Positions 45,209 to 54,718 of a stretch of DNA of 64,000 nucleotides are shown one piece after another. Position 1 is the stretch's first letter. The number at the start of each line of letters is the position of its first letter. Origin of the DNA: a virus; IMG/VR virus record IMGVR_UViG_3300047388_000292, positions 1-64,000 of that record; one strand, given 5' to 3'. A program made the translations under genes and the position numbers. Below the pieces are notes generated by a model that was not told the DNA's origin, did no database searches, and saw only the letters and a list, made by a program, of their open reading frames with translations.

Positions 45209-47488
45209 CTACTCCTCCTTCCCGCCAACAACCGGCGCGAGTTCGAGTTCCAGAGTCCCGCCAAGGGACTTCCGCATCCACGCCTCGAGCTGCTCACCGG
45301 TCATCTCTCCCTCGCCGGGGTTCTGACCCTCCGGCTTGAGGTCAGGACGCCCGGGAAGCGGACTCGTGAGCAGGTTGGCCTTCTGCGCGAGAGCAAGCGT
45401 GCCCTCGTCATCCTTCGGCAGTGCAGCAACGATGCGATCAACGATTTGAGTGACCGTCTGGTGCTCGCTGCGATGCTCCTCGGAGAGGTTGAGCTTGATC
45501 GCTACCTGACCGTCGTCTGAGCGAAGGACATCCTCAATCACCCGGAGAAATCCCGGACAATCCTTGAAGCCCATCTCAGAGAGCTTCGTCAGACGATCTG
45601 TGACGCCGTCTTCCTTGCGCTGCTTTCGGTAATCCTCGAGCTCGCGCTGCTCGGTCTGACTGGCATCCATCTCTCGCTGAAGCAGCTCCCGCGCATTGTC
45701 GTCGAGGTTGAGCCGATCCAGCAGTTCGAGGGTGAGACCCATGAGGGTTCCTCCTTGCTGGGGGGTTGACGGCTCGGAGAGCCGGAGTGCAGATGCCCGC
45801 TCAAGCGGGTCTTCGGGAAGAGAAGTGTTCGTCTTGCTGTCGCCCTGACTACTGTCAGTAAGCGTTGGATAACGCTTTTTCACAGCAGCGCGAATCGTGG
45901 CTAGACGCGTGCCAGTCTCATTCTGAACACCGCGAGACAAAGCATTGCGCGCGTGAGCCAGATCATGAATTGGATACTCGCGCGTCTTCGGGAAGACAAA
46001 AGCGGTGTCAGGAAGATCCTTGCGTGACTTGGCTGTCAGCGTCGCAAGATTGAGTTCATCTTCAGAAAGACTGAGGTCAGATTCCATCTGGAGGATAGCC
46101 TGTACCTCCTGCTTGTCGGTGTCGGCGTCTTCGTCCGTCACCCACTTCTGCTCCACAACCTTCCATTCACCGAAGTCGCTGAGATGAAGAATTCCTTCCG
46201 AATCCATTGAGTACGGGATCACCCAAGCATCGTTGGTTCCATCCGGATCCCCATAGTCGAGCCGCACAAGAGCTTTCGAAGCAGACACATCCATGACATC
46301 GAAATAAGCATTCTCCTCGTCATAGTCCGGAGAGCGTCCCATCGTGCGCAACTGCTCGTAGATCTGCCGCTGTACTTGTATAAGGGACGGCTCATCGCCC
46401 CACTGAACATCAGTAGCAAGCTTGAGTTCAGCCTCGAGCGATTCGATCGGACCGCGAGTGGAAAATATCGGACGCTTCGGTTGAGGCTCAGGTGCCGGTA
46501 CCTTGATGTCCTCCGAGAGAAGCATGTCGACGATCGTTCGATTGTCAGAGAAACAATTCGACCCGTACGGTTCCATGCCGGTTACCCACGGTCGATTCGT
46601 CAGAGCAACATGCTCGATAACGTGCGGATAAGTCTTTGCCGTCTCCTGGTTGGCATAACGATGCAAGATCCCACAAGAGCGAGAGAGCACCGACCCGCGC
46701 TCAACCATTCCTTCAACTTCAGGCTCGGTGAACTTGTGACCTCCGAGAATTACCTTCTCGCCCGGACGAGTCGTCGAATCGGCGATCTTCATCCTGACGA
46801 TCGTCCCTGTGTTCTCAAACGTCCCGTTGGCGTGAGTCTTCGGAATCGTGACGTGCTCAACAGCCTTCTCGTTGAAGGCATCTACCAAATCCTCGAGACC
46901 GATCTCCTTGTTGTGATTCTCAGCATGCCCCGGAACAAACACGAGCGGTACCTTCTCTTTGCCGCCTGGAGCATCGGGATTCGGTCGCATCGCGAGCGTC
47001 CCGGAGCGAAGGATCGGAGCCCAGATCAGACCCTCGGCATCCTTCTGCAGGTCAACTCGCTCGCCGAGAAGATCAGCACGCGCGAAGACCTCAATCGAGA
47101 GGTGATCGGAATCAAGAAGGGTCTCGTCGAGATCAGGACCGCCGGCCTCGACAAGCGATGTCGCATCCATCGCAGCGCAACGGGAGGCAGACCATGATGC
47201 GCCGGCAGGGCCTCCCCACATCAAATCGTCAGCATGCTCAGGACTAGGCTCTCCAGCAGGACATCCGCCGCCACCGGAAGCAAACGGCATCGCGTGGCCA
47301 GAGTGGTACTCAGCCATCGAACGCACATGATCATCGGAAATCTGCTGTCCCGAGGCGATCTTGCGACCTGACTTCAACGAGATCTCGTGGACCTGATCCT
47401 CGCTGACGTGACCGTCCTTGATCATCTGTAGCCCGCGCTGCGCAGCCGTTTTCATGGCGGTCGAAGGGGTATGTTTAGTCTTCGCCAT
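45209..47488 (-). CDS. capsid maturation protease/scaffold fusion
   Basis: HVALTNRPWVTGM (Mu gpI-like); RKDLPDTAFVFP..REYPIHD.AHARNAL domain; acidic coiled C-terminus. Confidence 0.8.
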   Translation of the reverse strand: MAKTKHTPSTAMKTAAQRGLQMIKDGHVSEDQVHEISLKSGRKIASGQQISDDHVRSMAEYHSGHAMPFASGGGGCPAGEPSPEHADDLMWGGPAGASWSASRCAAMDATSLVEAGGPDLDETLLDSDHLSIEVFARADLLGERVDLQKDAEGLIWAPILRSGTLAMRPNPDAPGGKEKVPLVFVPGHAENHNKEIGLEDLVDAFNEKAVEHVTIPKTHANGTFENTGTIVRMKIADSTTRPGEKVILGGHKFTEPEVEGMVERGSVLSRSCGILHRYANQETAKTYPHVIEHVALTNRPWVTGMEPYGSNCFSDNRTIVDMLLSEDIKVPAPEPQPKRPIFSTRGPIESLEAELKLATDVQWGDEPSLIQVQRQIYEQLRTMGRSPDYDEENAYFDVMDVSASKALVRLDYGDPDGTNDAWVIPYSMDSEGILHLSDFGEWKVVEQKWVTDEDADTDKQEVQAILQMESDLSLSEDELNLATLTAKSRKDLPDTAFVFPKTREYPIHDLAHARNALSRGVQNETGTRLATIRAAVKKRYPTLTDSSQGDSKTNTSLPEDPLERASALRLSEPSTPQQGGTLMGLTLELLDRLNLDDNARELLQREMDASQTEQRELEDYRKQRKEDGVTDRLTKLSEMGFKDCPGFLRVIEDVLRSDDGQVAIKLNLSEEHRSEHQTVTQIVDRIVAALPKDDEGTLALAQKANLLTSPLPGRPDLKPEGQNPGEGEMTGEQLEAWMRKSLGGTLELELAPVVGGKEE

Positions 47489-47661
47489 CAGGCAAATTCC
47501 TTGACTGTCCGTTGAAGCTCATCGCGATGAATAATTTCTAACCCACGCATGTGAATCTCAATTTCCGGAGCGCAAAAGCAATTGGATTCGAGCACATGTC
47601 CAGGTTCAGTATCTGGAACAACATGAACTTCGCCTTCATACTCTTGAACAATCCAACCCAT
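47488..47661 (-). CDS. 57-aa His/Cys micro-protein
   Basis: Hand-translated MGWIVQ...HVVP...H...CFCAP...IHRD; TGATG overlaps at both ends. Confidence 0.6.
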   Translation of the reverse strand: MGWIVQEYEGEVHVVPDTEPGHVLESNCFCAPEIEIHMRGLEIIHRDELQRTVKEFA

Positions 47662-48218
47662 CAGACCGTCGCCGCCTCAACATACTCAGTCAGGAAGGTC
47701 TCTGAGGGAGATGGAGCCGGATCAAGACCAAGCAGCACGCGACACGGATTGCAGTTGTCTGCAATGTCGAGCAGAACTGCGTGGACTTCGTCAGCGACGT
47801 CGGCGTATTCCTCTGGGATATCGAGCTTCGCGATGTGCCCGTATGGCCACTGCTTCGTGCCGGGGACATCTGCGTAAGCGATGCCGACGCCCGGAGTTCC
47901 TGCATCTGGGTGGCCGGGATGTGACCCTGCAGGAGGACCATGACGCCAGTCGGTACGACCTCTCAAAGTATCTTTCAAGACTCCACACAGGCCCCGAGTC
48001 TTAGGACCAAAACGCTTGAAATTGTCATGAAAACAAGCAGTCCAGGGATGAGGGCTGGCGGCGTAATGCTTGAGCAGAAAACGGAGATAAGACATCTTTT
48101 GTCGATCTGCTGTCACAGCCTCAAATCGAGCAAGCAACGTCATAATTGCTTGATCAATCCGCTCATCTTGAGCAACTTCAATACGATTCCTCGCAGCGGC
48201 TTCAACAACAGCATCCAT
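47661..48218 (-). CDS. hypothetical head-associated protein
   Basis: HPWTAC...GLC..LKD...TDWR; start MDAVVE overlapping the upstream stop. Confidence 0.55.
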   Translation of the reverse strand: MDAVVEAAARNRIEVAQDERIDQAIMTLLARFEAVTADRQKMSYLRFLLKHYAASPHPWTACFHDNFKRFGPKTRGLCGVLKDTLRGRTDWRHGPPAGSHPGHPDAGTPGVGIAYADVPGTKQWPYGHIAKLDIPEEYADVADEVHAVLLDIADNCNPCRVLLGLDPAPSPSETFLTEYVEAATV

Positions 48219-48748
48219 CAGACCAACATCGCCTTCTTCTTCGCTGCAGCAGCTTCTCGGCAACAGGCTCGACAATAACGATGCCCATTTCTGCGAATCC
48301 CTCGATTAGTACTACCACGTGGAGCATCATCGTCAAGTCGATGGCCATTGCGGCAGTAAAGGAAAACTTCAATACGTTGCACAGATTGTTCTGCGTACTT
48401 CGCTACACACTCCTCGATCACAGCCCGACGACGAGAACTCATAAGCGGATAGACAGCGACCATGATGTCGATCGCGCGTCTTGCTGTAACTCGATACTCC
48501 CAGTGTTCATTCCCGGCGACTGTGATGCTATTCATCCTCACGGGTCCTGGGAAGGTTGCAGTTAGCCGATCAAGAGGCTCTCGGAAATTCTGCGATGCAA
48601 TGACAAGTGGATAACCAGAATGATCAATCCGGCTCTCCGGACGCCGATCATCTCCGTACCAACCGAAGCACCCTTCACCTTCAAGGAACCCAGCGATCCA
48701 GTAGATCTCGGGATCTCGCTCCCATGTTTGAACTGACGCGTCAGACAT
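48218..48748 (-). CDS. single-motif LAGLIDADG endonuclease with C-terminal Zn finger
   Basis: WIAGFLEGEGCF; CRNGH...RYCRAC. Confidence 0.75.
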   Translation of the reverse strand: MSDASVQTWERDPEIYWIAGFLEGEGCFGWYGDDRRPESRIDHSGYPLVIASQNFREPLDRLTATFPGPVRMNSITVAGNEHWEYRVTARRAIDIMVAVYPLMSSRRRAVIEECVAKYAEQSVQRIEVFLYCRNGHRLDDDAPRGSTNRGIRRNGHRYCRACCREAAAAKKKAMLV

Positions 48749-48977
48749 TCGCAGTCTCCACTTGTGCCATGTTGCGAAGCATCTCCCCCATCTCGAAATC
48801 CGACATCCCGGGAGAGAAGATGTGTCCACATCCGCTGCACTTGAGCACCACGTTCAGCTCGTCGGCATATTCCTCGACTCGCTGAAAATGCTTGTATGAC
48901 AGGATGTTTCGGCGCATCTTGCAGTTAGGACAAAGCAGCCGACTACCCTGCATCAGGCGTGGCTTCATCTCATACAA
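48741..48977 (-). CDS. zinc-ribbon protein
   Basis: CPNC...CSGCGHIFSP. Confidence 0.6.
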   Translation of the reverse strand: MYEMKPRLMQGSRLLCPNCKMRRNILSYKHFQRVEEYADELNVVLKCSGCGHIFSPGMSDFEMGEMLRNMAQVETANV

Positions 48978-49419
48978 CTTCCATCATTGGTTTGAATTCA
49001 GACCAACGACGACCTGCCAATATCCTACTAATCTGGCATGGATGAACCCCTACCATCGCGGCAATCGCTCTGTGTGTAATCCCAAAATTATGATGCAAGT
49101 AGATTGCCTGAACAAGCTCTTCAGTTAGTTTCGTACCGATACCTCGACGAATATTTACGGCCTGCGTCACAACTTCCATGTGATCGGGATTGACGCATGA
49201 CGGCTGCCTACAAAGATGATCAATGACCATCCCTTCAGCGATCTGTTCGTGTCGATCTTCATAATATGCTCGATGCGCACCTACAGACCTTCCATTCCTC
49301 CTCGTCTGAGGATAAGTACGAAATTTACCTCGCGGAGTAGCTAACGCCCACAGCCAACATGGAGACGTATAGCCACAATCCTTCTCAACGTACTGAATTG
49401 GAGATTTAGCAGGCATCAT
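48970..49419 (-). CDS. HNH endonuclease with C-terminal HTH
   Basis: CWLW, AHRAYY, IDHLCRQPSCVNPDHMEVVTQAVN, KLT...IA..VGV...ISRI. Confidence 0.88.
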   Translation of the reverse strand: MMPAKSPIQYVEKDCGYTSPCWLWALATPRGKFRTYPQTRRNGRSVGAHRAYYEDRHEQIAEGMVIDHLCRQPSCVNPDHMEVVTQAVNIRRGIGTKLTEELVQAIYLHHNFGITHRAIAAMVGVHPCQISRILAGRRWSEFKPMMEVV

Positions 49420-49478
49420 GTAGCGACGCTGAGCGCAGCACTGCGCCCAATCATCTGCTCGCGCGCCTATAAAGGTCG

Positions 49479-49505
49479 ATGGGTATTTATACCCAGCGAT
49501 TACTT
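49479..49505. promoter_or_regulatory. palindromic box, copy 2
   Basis: ATGGGTATTTATACCCAGCGATTACTT upstream of the head operon. Confidence 0.75.
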
Positions 49506-49540
49506 TGCGTAAGATGCCGCCATGCAGTAGGATTGCTCTT

Positions 49541-49598
49541 GCAACACCTCTCCTCCCTCAGACTTGCGCCTCGGTTCCGGACCGGGGCGCTCGTCGTT
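49541..49598 (+). ncRNA. candidate small RNA with anti-SD tract
   Basis: Promoter TTGCGT-17-TAGGAT (49505-49533), CCTCTCCTCCCTC tract, GC hairpin 49566-49590. Confidence 0.45.
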
Positions 49599-49947
49599 AG
49601 GCAGCGTTACGATGCCCGAGAGTGAGTCCGCCAGAGTTGTAATAGAGATGATTACTCGACTCTGGAACGGTAACTACGCCATCAGAATCCAAAGCAAGTA
49701 TCTCTAAGGCTATGGCAAGGACTACGGCATGAAGAGTATTCTTCGCGCCTAATCTTTCGCGTGCGGCCTCAAGAGTCTTGTGGACTGTTTGCTCGATTAC
49801 AAAACATTCTTGCGCGATCTTCCGGTTAGTCTTCCCGGTAGCGCGGAGTGAGAGAAACTGCTGCTGCCTATATGACAGCAGGGGTCTAGGAGGACGCGGC
49901 TGGACCGACTGGGCGCCCTGCGGCTGCCCTGCGGGAATCGTCTCCAT
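49597..49947 (-). CDS. LuxR/GerE-type HTH regulator
   Basis: LSYRQQQFL..RATGKTNRKIAQEC...EQTVHKTL...RERLGAKN..HAV. Confidence 0.85.
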   Translation of the reverse strand: METIPAGQPQGAQSVQPRPPRPLLSYRQQQFLSLRATGKTNRKIAQECFVIEQTVHKTLEAARERLGAKNTLHAVVLAIALEILALDSDGVVTVPESSNHLYYNSGGLTLGHRNAA

Positions 49948-50410
49948 CAGACAAAAGCGTAGCAAGACGCTGTAGGTCGCAGCCGAAGTCGGTCTCAATC
50001 CACGCTTCAGCGGATTTCTCGAGCGCGTCTATAAGCCCGGCTGCAATCAGTTCACATCCAGTCATCTCGGCTGATTGAGACAACCACCAAAACAAGAACA
50101 TTCCGACGATCTCGTGGGCCTGATGAACGGCTTTAGGGTGTGCTTCTTCGTAGGACGCCTTGATTCGCTGTAGGACTTCGGCGACCTTCGACATCCTCGA
50201 GTCCGCATCCACAAAGCAGACTTGACCCGCATCGCCCTTCAACGACCGCGGAGGCCCGTCGTTGGGGACCAGGACTACAGTCTTCGCGCGCGAGTAGCGC
50301 TCAGCAAACGGAAGACCGAGGGGCACGAGATCGTCTGTAGACGAAGCTCCACGCACAATGAGAAGGTCACACTCCTCATCAATGCTCGGCAGATGCCGAC
50401 CCTCGGTCAA
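49886..50410 (-). CDS. hypothetical protein, possible degenerate receiver-like domain
   Basis: CDLLIV...KTVVLV...FV...KVAEVL alpha/beta pattern. Confidence 0.45.
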   Translation of the reverse strand: MTEGRHLPSIDEECDLLIVRGASSTDDLVPLGLPFAERYSRAKTVVLVPNDGPPRSLKGDAGQVCFVDADSRMSKVAEVLQRIKASYEEAHPKAVHQAHEIVGMFLFWWLSQSAEMTGCELIAAGLIDALEKSAEAWIETDFGCDLQRLATLLSDGDDSRRAAAGRPVGPAASS

Positions 50411-50443
50411 TCCCAGCTCGTTGATCGTCCTACTGTACCACAG

Positions 50444-50454
50444 ACCTATTAGGT
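50444..50454. promoter_or_regulatory. operator-like palindrome ACCTATTAGGT
   Basis: Perfect copy also at 12197; variants at 11224, 51893, 62142 and 7869, all at gene junctions. Confidence 0.65.
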
Positions 50455-50489
50455 TGTAGGACGCTTCTCACGACGCTTCGCACGTGCGA

Positions 50490-50759
50490 TCAGGAGCCTA
50501 CGGTCGAAGTCGTCCACTCGCCGCCACACGTAGGACAAACGGACGGATGCGGATCTGGCTCGTCTAGAGCCGGCGTGACTGCCCACCATGATTTCCCATC
50601 TTCTTTCTTCCCGCCAATGTTCTCCGTCTTGACCATCACGATGGTGTCCTCGATTGAGTCAAGGCATTGGAGCGAATCACCCCACGCGTCATAGACCTCA
50701 AGCAGTCGAGATCCGTCGGTGATGTACTTCGGACGGATCAGGGGTGGCGCTGCGCTCAT
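50490..50759 (-). CDS. hypothetical protein
   Basis: 89 aa with C-terminal CPTC. Confidence 0.5.
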   Translation of the reverse strand: MSAAPPLIRPKYITDGSRLLEVYDAWGDSLQCLDSIEDTIVMVKTENIGGKKEDGKSWWAVTPALDEPDPHPSVCPTCGGEWTTSTVGS

Positions 50760-50810
50760 GGCTAGGGAGAGCGGGGACTACAACCACCGTAGCGCGATTA
50801 TCAGGAATGT

Positions 50811-51020
50811 CTAGCGGATCTGTCCCGAGACAGCCAAGACCATGAAACACCAAAATCCAAAGCCTACGACAAACCGTAGGCCACTCGGGATGCTCTTGTC
50901 GCCAACAAACTTCCAGACCGCGTAGATCAGGAGAAGCGGCCAGAGGAAAACAAGGAAGATGAGTGGAAACGCAGGAAGCGAGACTCCAGTTCGTCTTGAA
51001 GTGCGGAAGAAGAACCTCAT
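50811..51020 (-). CDS. small membrane protein
   Basis: Two hydrophobic helices. Confidence 0.55.
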   Translation of the reverse strand: MRFFFRTSRRTGVSLPAFPLIFLVFLWPLLLIYAVWKFVGDKSIPSGLRFVVGFGFWCFMVLAVSGQIR

Positions 51021-51265
51021 TGATATGACTTCCATGCAGTCGAATATCGATCTTTGATATATCTCATCGCAGAGATTGCATTATCGACCGGATTGAGATA
51101 ATCAATCATCCGTGCATGAGCGAGATCACGGTCCTCCTGCCACATCTCCCAGTAGTTACCTTGATGCGCCCACGGACGCACAACCCTGCCACTAGGGATA
51201 TGTCCATCTTGGATGTTCTCTACGCGCTTGATGTATCGAACAATATCGCGTGCTAGATCACTCAT
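51017..51265 (-). CDS. small protein with a lytic-transglycosylase-like C-terminal motif
   Basis: NPVDNAISAMRYIKDRY. Confidence 0.45.
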   Translation of the reverse strand: MSDLARDIVRYIKRVENIQDGHIPSGRVVRPWAHQGNYWEMWQEDRDLAHARMIDYLNPVDNAISAMRYIKDRYSTAWKSYQ

Positions 51266-51632
51266 GGTTGGATCCCCAACTGTCCGTTACGAAGTCTTCC
51301 AGCCATCCACTCGAGATAGTCAGCTCGACGGGGATTCTTGTTCAAAGCATGTTCTGCCGCTTCGTCTTCCCAAGACTCAATCAAATCGACAACTGCATTC
51401 ACGTAGCGAGCGTGGAGCATGATCTTTATCTGATCCATCACGCACGTCGCTTCTGCTCGCGGCGAATCTCATCCAATACGCGCACTGCCCGTCGACAACG
51501 ATCGACTTCCATTTGAGCAGCATCGTAGTGGCCTGCATCAAAGAACTCGCGCGCTTCTCGACCAGCCTCTTCCAATTCCTTGAGCGCTCGTGTAGCTCGT
51601 GCCACATCGAGTCCCGGGAAGAGATCGATCAT
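51262..51632 (-). other. two small hypothetical CDSs (51262-51438 and 51438-51632)
   Basis: Coupled ORFs with overlapping stop/start codons. Confidence 0.5.
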
Positions 51633-51635
51633 CGT

Positions 51636-51884
51636 TTACTCCTCGAAAATATCCATCCGTAGGCCGGGAGAATGTCTAGGTAGTGCTTTGTCCTCGCGCT
51701 TCTTCGCCGGCTGTGCTCGAGTTCCGGAAACGCGGCGGATGTGGGCCTCTTCGTCAGCAAGGTAGGTGTCGATCGCATCGCGCACGATCTGAGAGACCGT
51801 AGTCCCCTCTCCCTGAGCAAATCGCCGGAGCTCGCTCTCCATCTCATCGTTGATTCGCACCCGCAGGACTGTAGATGACGCCAT
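51636..51884 (-). CDS. ribbon-helix-helix (CopG/Arc-like) regulator
   Basis: VLRVRINDEM...LRRFA...GTTVSQIVRDAIDTYL; leaderless, with the palindrome over its -10. Confidence 0.85.
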   Translation of the reverse strand: MASSTVLRVRINDEMESELRRFAQGEGTTVSQIVRDAIDTYLADEEAHIRRVSGTRAQPAKKREDKALPRHSPGLRMDIFEE

Positions 51885-51912
51885 GAGAGCGAACCTATCA
51901 GGTTAGAACGCT

Positions 51913-53840
51913 TCATGTAGATTTCTCCTCGTTTTTCTCGCGCTCAATGTCCTGCCGCTCCCGTTCCCACGCGCCGTGACGGCAATGCCGCTTGCAACAA
52001 CACAGGCACGATGGATGGCCGCACCACTTGGCCAACCTTCTCGCCTCTTCCCTCGCAACAGCCTTGATCTTCTTCCGTTTCTCCCGCTCAACCAGCCATC
52101 TATGAAACCAGCGAATCATCAGTCCTCCAAGGTCTCGTTCAGCGCAGCGCGAGGACGCTGAGGTTGACCTACTACTTCAGCGAGCCTGTGCAATTCAAAT
52201 CCCAAACGACCTGCCCCCAACGCTGGCGTGTCCCAGAACGCCTCCACCACTCTCGTGGCCGCGTCCCGTACAGGATCAGGCAACGCCAGAAGGGCATCCA
52301 CAATGCACGCGGCATTCCTCCGCTTCAACGCGAAATGATCGGGCATCGAAGTGGGGAGCTGCGACAGCACCGCCTCGATCGCTCTCTCCCGCTCAGGAGT
52401 CATATCCGCCTCGTCGGAGTCTTGTCAATACGCAACGCATCACTACGTCGGGCATGAATCAACGTCGAGTACAGGTCGTTGGTGGTCTGGCAGTCAAGGG
52501 CGTTCGATGCGCCGGTGCGAGTGTCAGTGACTCGGATGATCGAGGTCAAAGTCCGCGGACCGTGGCAAACAACATCAATATCTCCGTGATCGCGGAACAC
52601 AGTCCAAGTAATCGGCCAACCTCGGTAGATGATCAACTCAGTCTGCCCTGACTTGATTGTCCACGGGCCGGACAGATGACCGTTAGTCTGTAGCGCGTTC
52701 GCCGTCACTGGCAGTACTAATAGCAGCACGAGAATTAGGATGGCCTTCTTCATTCTTAGTTCCTTTCTTCCAGAGCGTCGACCCACTTTCGCCACTCCTC
52801 ATTGTCTCGGACTAGCCGGCGGACGTCGTCAGAGACTTCGAGGTGGTCATACTCAGCAAACTCATCACTATCTCCACCAACTCCCCGCGCGCACACGAAG
52901 CCGTACTTGATCCTCTGGTAGATGTGCACATGTTCTCCGTCTCTGACTTCGTCGTCGAGTTGATCGAGCGCATCAATGTTGTAGGTGTCTGGATTGTGCA
53001 CAACGCGCAAGAAGACCGGATAACGAGAGATATACATCTTGCTGCCACGGGCCGGCCCACCAATGAATGTCGCAGCCATCAGACCTCCTCAGTTTTCCGG
53101 GCTTCCATGAACATCGCAGTCACGATCTCAATCAACTGCATACCAGTCACATACTCTGACCCGTCACTTGAGATCTTCTCTGCAGATTCATTGATCGCGT
53201 CAAAAGCAATAGTGCAGTTCTTGATCAGATCGACGGGACTGAAGTCCAGCGAAGAATGAAGTTTGTCGCGAACATAGGACATCACTCGAAATCTCTGATC
53301 TCCATTCAAAGGTTCGAGGGCTTTCAGCACTGTCGAGATCGCGCGGAGTTCTGGGTCTTGCTGAGTCGCCATCACTTCTCCAACTTCGCGAGCTCGCGTT
53401 TGCCAGATTCCAGAAGAGGAACAACAGGATCCTCTTTCGTCACGCGAGCAGTTCTGTAAGAGTCATGGCTTGGCCAAGTGATCAAGCCGGCGTAGAGCAA
53501 CTTCTCTCGGAGCCGGCGGTCAGGGCGCTTCTTCTCCCCGTCAATGGTGTAACGACCAGCGCGGTTGATTCTCAGCTTCTCATCTCGCGCAGCGCGGAGA
53601 ATCCGCAAGACTTCGGGTTTATCTAAATCATCAAAGTACATCTTCGTCTCCTCTCGTGAACCGTTCAACCAGCGCAGGTGGAACGTCCTCTACGTACGTA
53701 GAAACAATTCCTTCAACACCTTGAATGTCGCGCATGATCCTCCAATAGTCATTCAAACTAGCGTCGGTGACACGGATCCTCACATCGAACTCAACGAAGA
53801 TATTGTCTCCGTAGCGGATCACCTGGAAATTCTCAGGCAT
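51913..53840 (-). other. run of small hypothetical CDSs (51913-52119, 52119-52403, 52400-52753 secreted, 52756-53079, 53079-53375, 53372-53641, 53631-53840)
   Basis: Tightly coupled ORFs; 52400-52753 has a signal peptide MKKAILILVLL...ANA. Confidence 0.55.
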
Positions 53841-54210
53841 CTTTATCTTCTCTCGGCTCTGGTACGACGTTGTGGCAGACAATGCATTTTTTGCCGTGGT
53901 AGATCTTGCGCATCTCTTTGCTGTCGCAGACGGTACAAGGCACGCGAGAAGACGAAGCAGCCAGAGCTTCTTCCAAGACCTCTCGAGAATCGCGGGTATT
54001 AGGACGCTTCCCAGTCTCGGCTTCGATCTGATCTCCTATGGACTCTCGGATCTGAGCATTAGCTTTGCGTTTAGGAACCTCAGAGACTTCCCGAGCGATC
54101 TGCTTCAAGATCCAAGCATTGCGGGATAGACCTCCTCGAAGCTTCTCCATCTCGTTGTAGATCACACGGGGCATACGTACCGTCACCTGCTCCCAGCCAT
54201 CATCAGCCAT
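53833..54210 (-). CDS. RHH-like N-terminus plus Zn-finger protein
   Basis: QVTVRMPR..YNEM...LSRNAWI; CTVC...CIVC. Confidence 0.6.
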   Translation of the reverse strand: MADDGWEQVTVRMPRVIYNEMEKLRGGLSRNAWILKQIAREVSEVPKRKANAQIRESIGDQIEAETGKRPNTRDSREVLEEALAASSSRVPCTVCDSKEMRKIYHGKKCIVCHNVVPEPREDKDA

Positions 54211-54529
54211 TTCCGTCTCCTTTCATGCGCAGGATCAGTCGCGCGAGCGGAGCCAAACGCCGGCGGCATTGGTATGGCGTAGGCGGAGCGAATAGTGGAA
54301 GACTTCTACGGAAGTGAAACTCCTGCTCGAGTGCGTTGCAATAACGCTTCAGATCACGGACTTCCTGGCGACGCTCTCGGTAGCGCGCTATCAAAATAGC
54401 TACGTCGGCAGGAGCAGGTCGGTGATCTGAAGGCCAGAAACGACCATCACCGAAGTTAGCGTAAGAACTTAGACGCTGAACTACTTCGCTAAACATGTTG
54501 TCCTGCACAGCCATGTGTTTCTCCTCCAT
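54203..54529 (-). CDS. hypothetical protein
   Basis: 108-aa ORF, first full gene of the leftward operon. Confidence 0.5.
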   Translation of the reverse strand: MEEKHMAVQDNMFSEVVQRLSSYANFGDGRFWPSDHRPAPADVAILIARYRERRQEVRDLKRYCNALEQEFHFRRSLPLFAPPTPYQCRRRLAPLARLILRMKGDGNG

Positions 54530-54617
54530 TCAAGAATTCCTTGACTTGATTGCTCCCCAAACCGCTTCTGCACATAGCAAATCGTAGGCACTGCTCGTCT
54601 CCTCTCGTTGAAGCCAT

Positions 54618-54718
54618 GAGTCAGTCAGTGAATGACTGAATGAATGAATCTATCACGATCCGTCCTACAATCCCAAAATTTTCCTCATTCAGTCATTCAT
54701 TCAGTGAATCATTCAATG
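54618..54718. repeat. inverted TGAA/TCAT microrepeat array
   Basis: TGAATGACTGAATGA (54628-54642) has a perfect reverse complement about 45 nt downstream, embedded in further 4-mer repeats. Confidence 0.7.

Noticed and set aside
46376-47197. 273-aa plus-strand ORF
   Set aside because: Antisense shadow of the protease/scaffold gene
54618-54718. CRISPR array
   Set aside because: Only 4-mer microrepeats; no repeat-spacer periodicity and no cas genes
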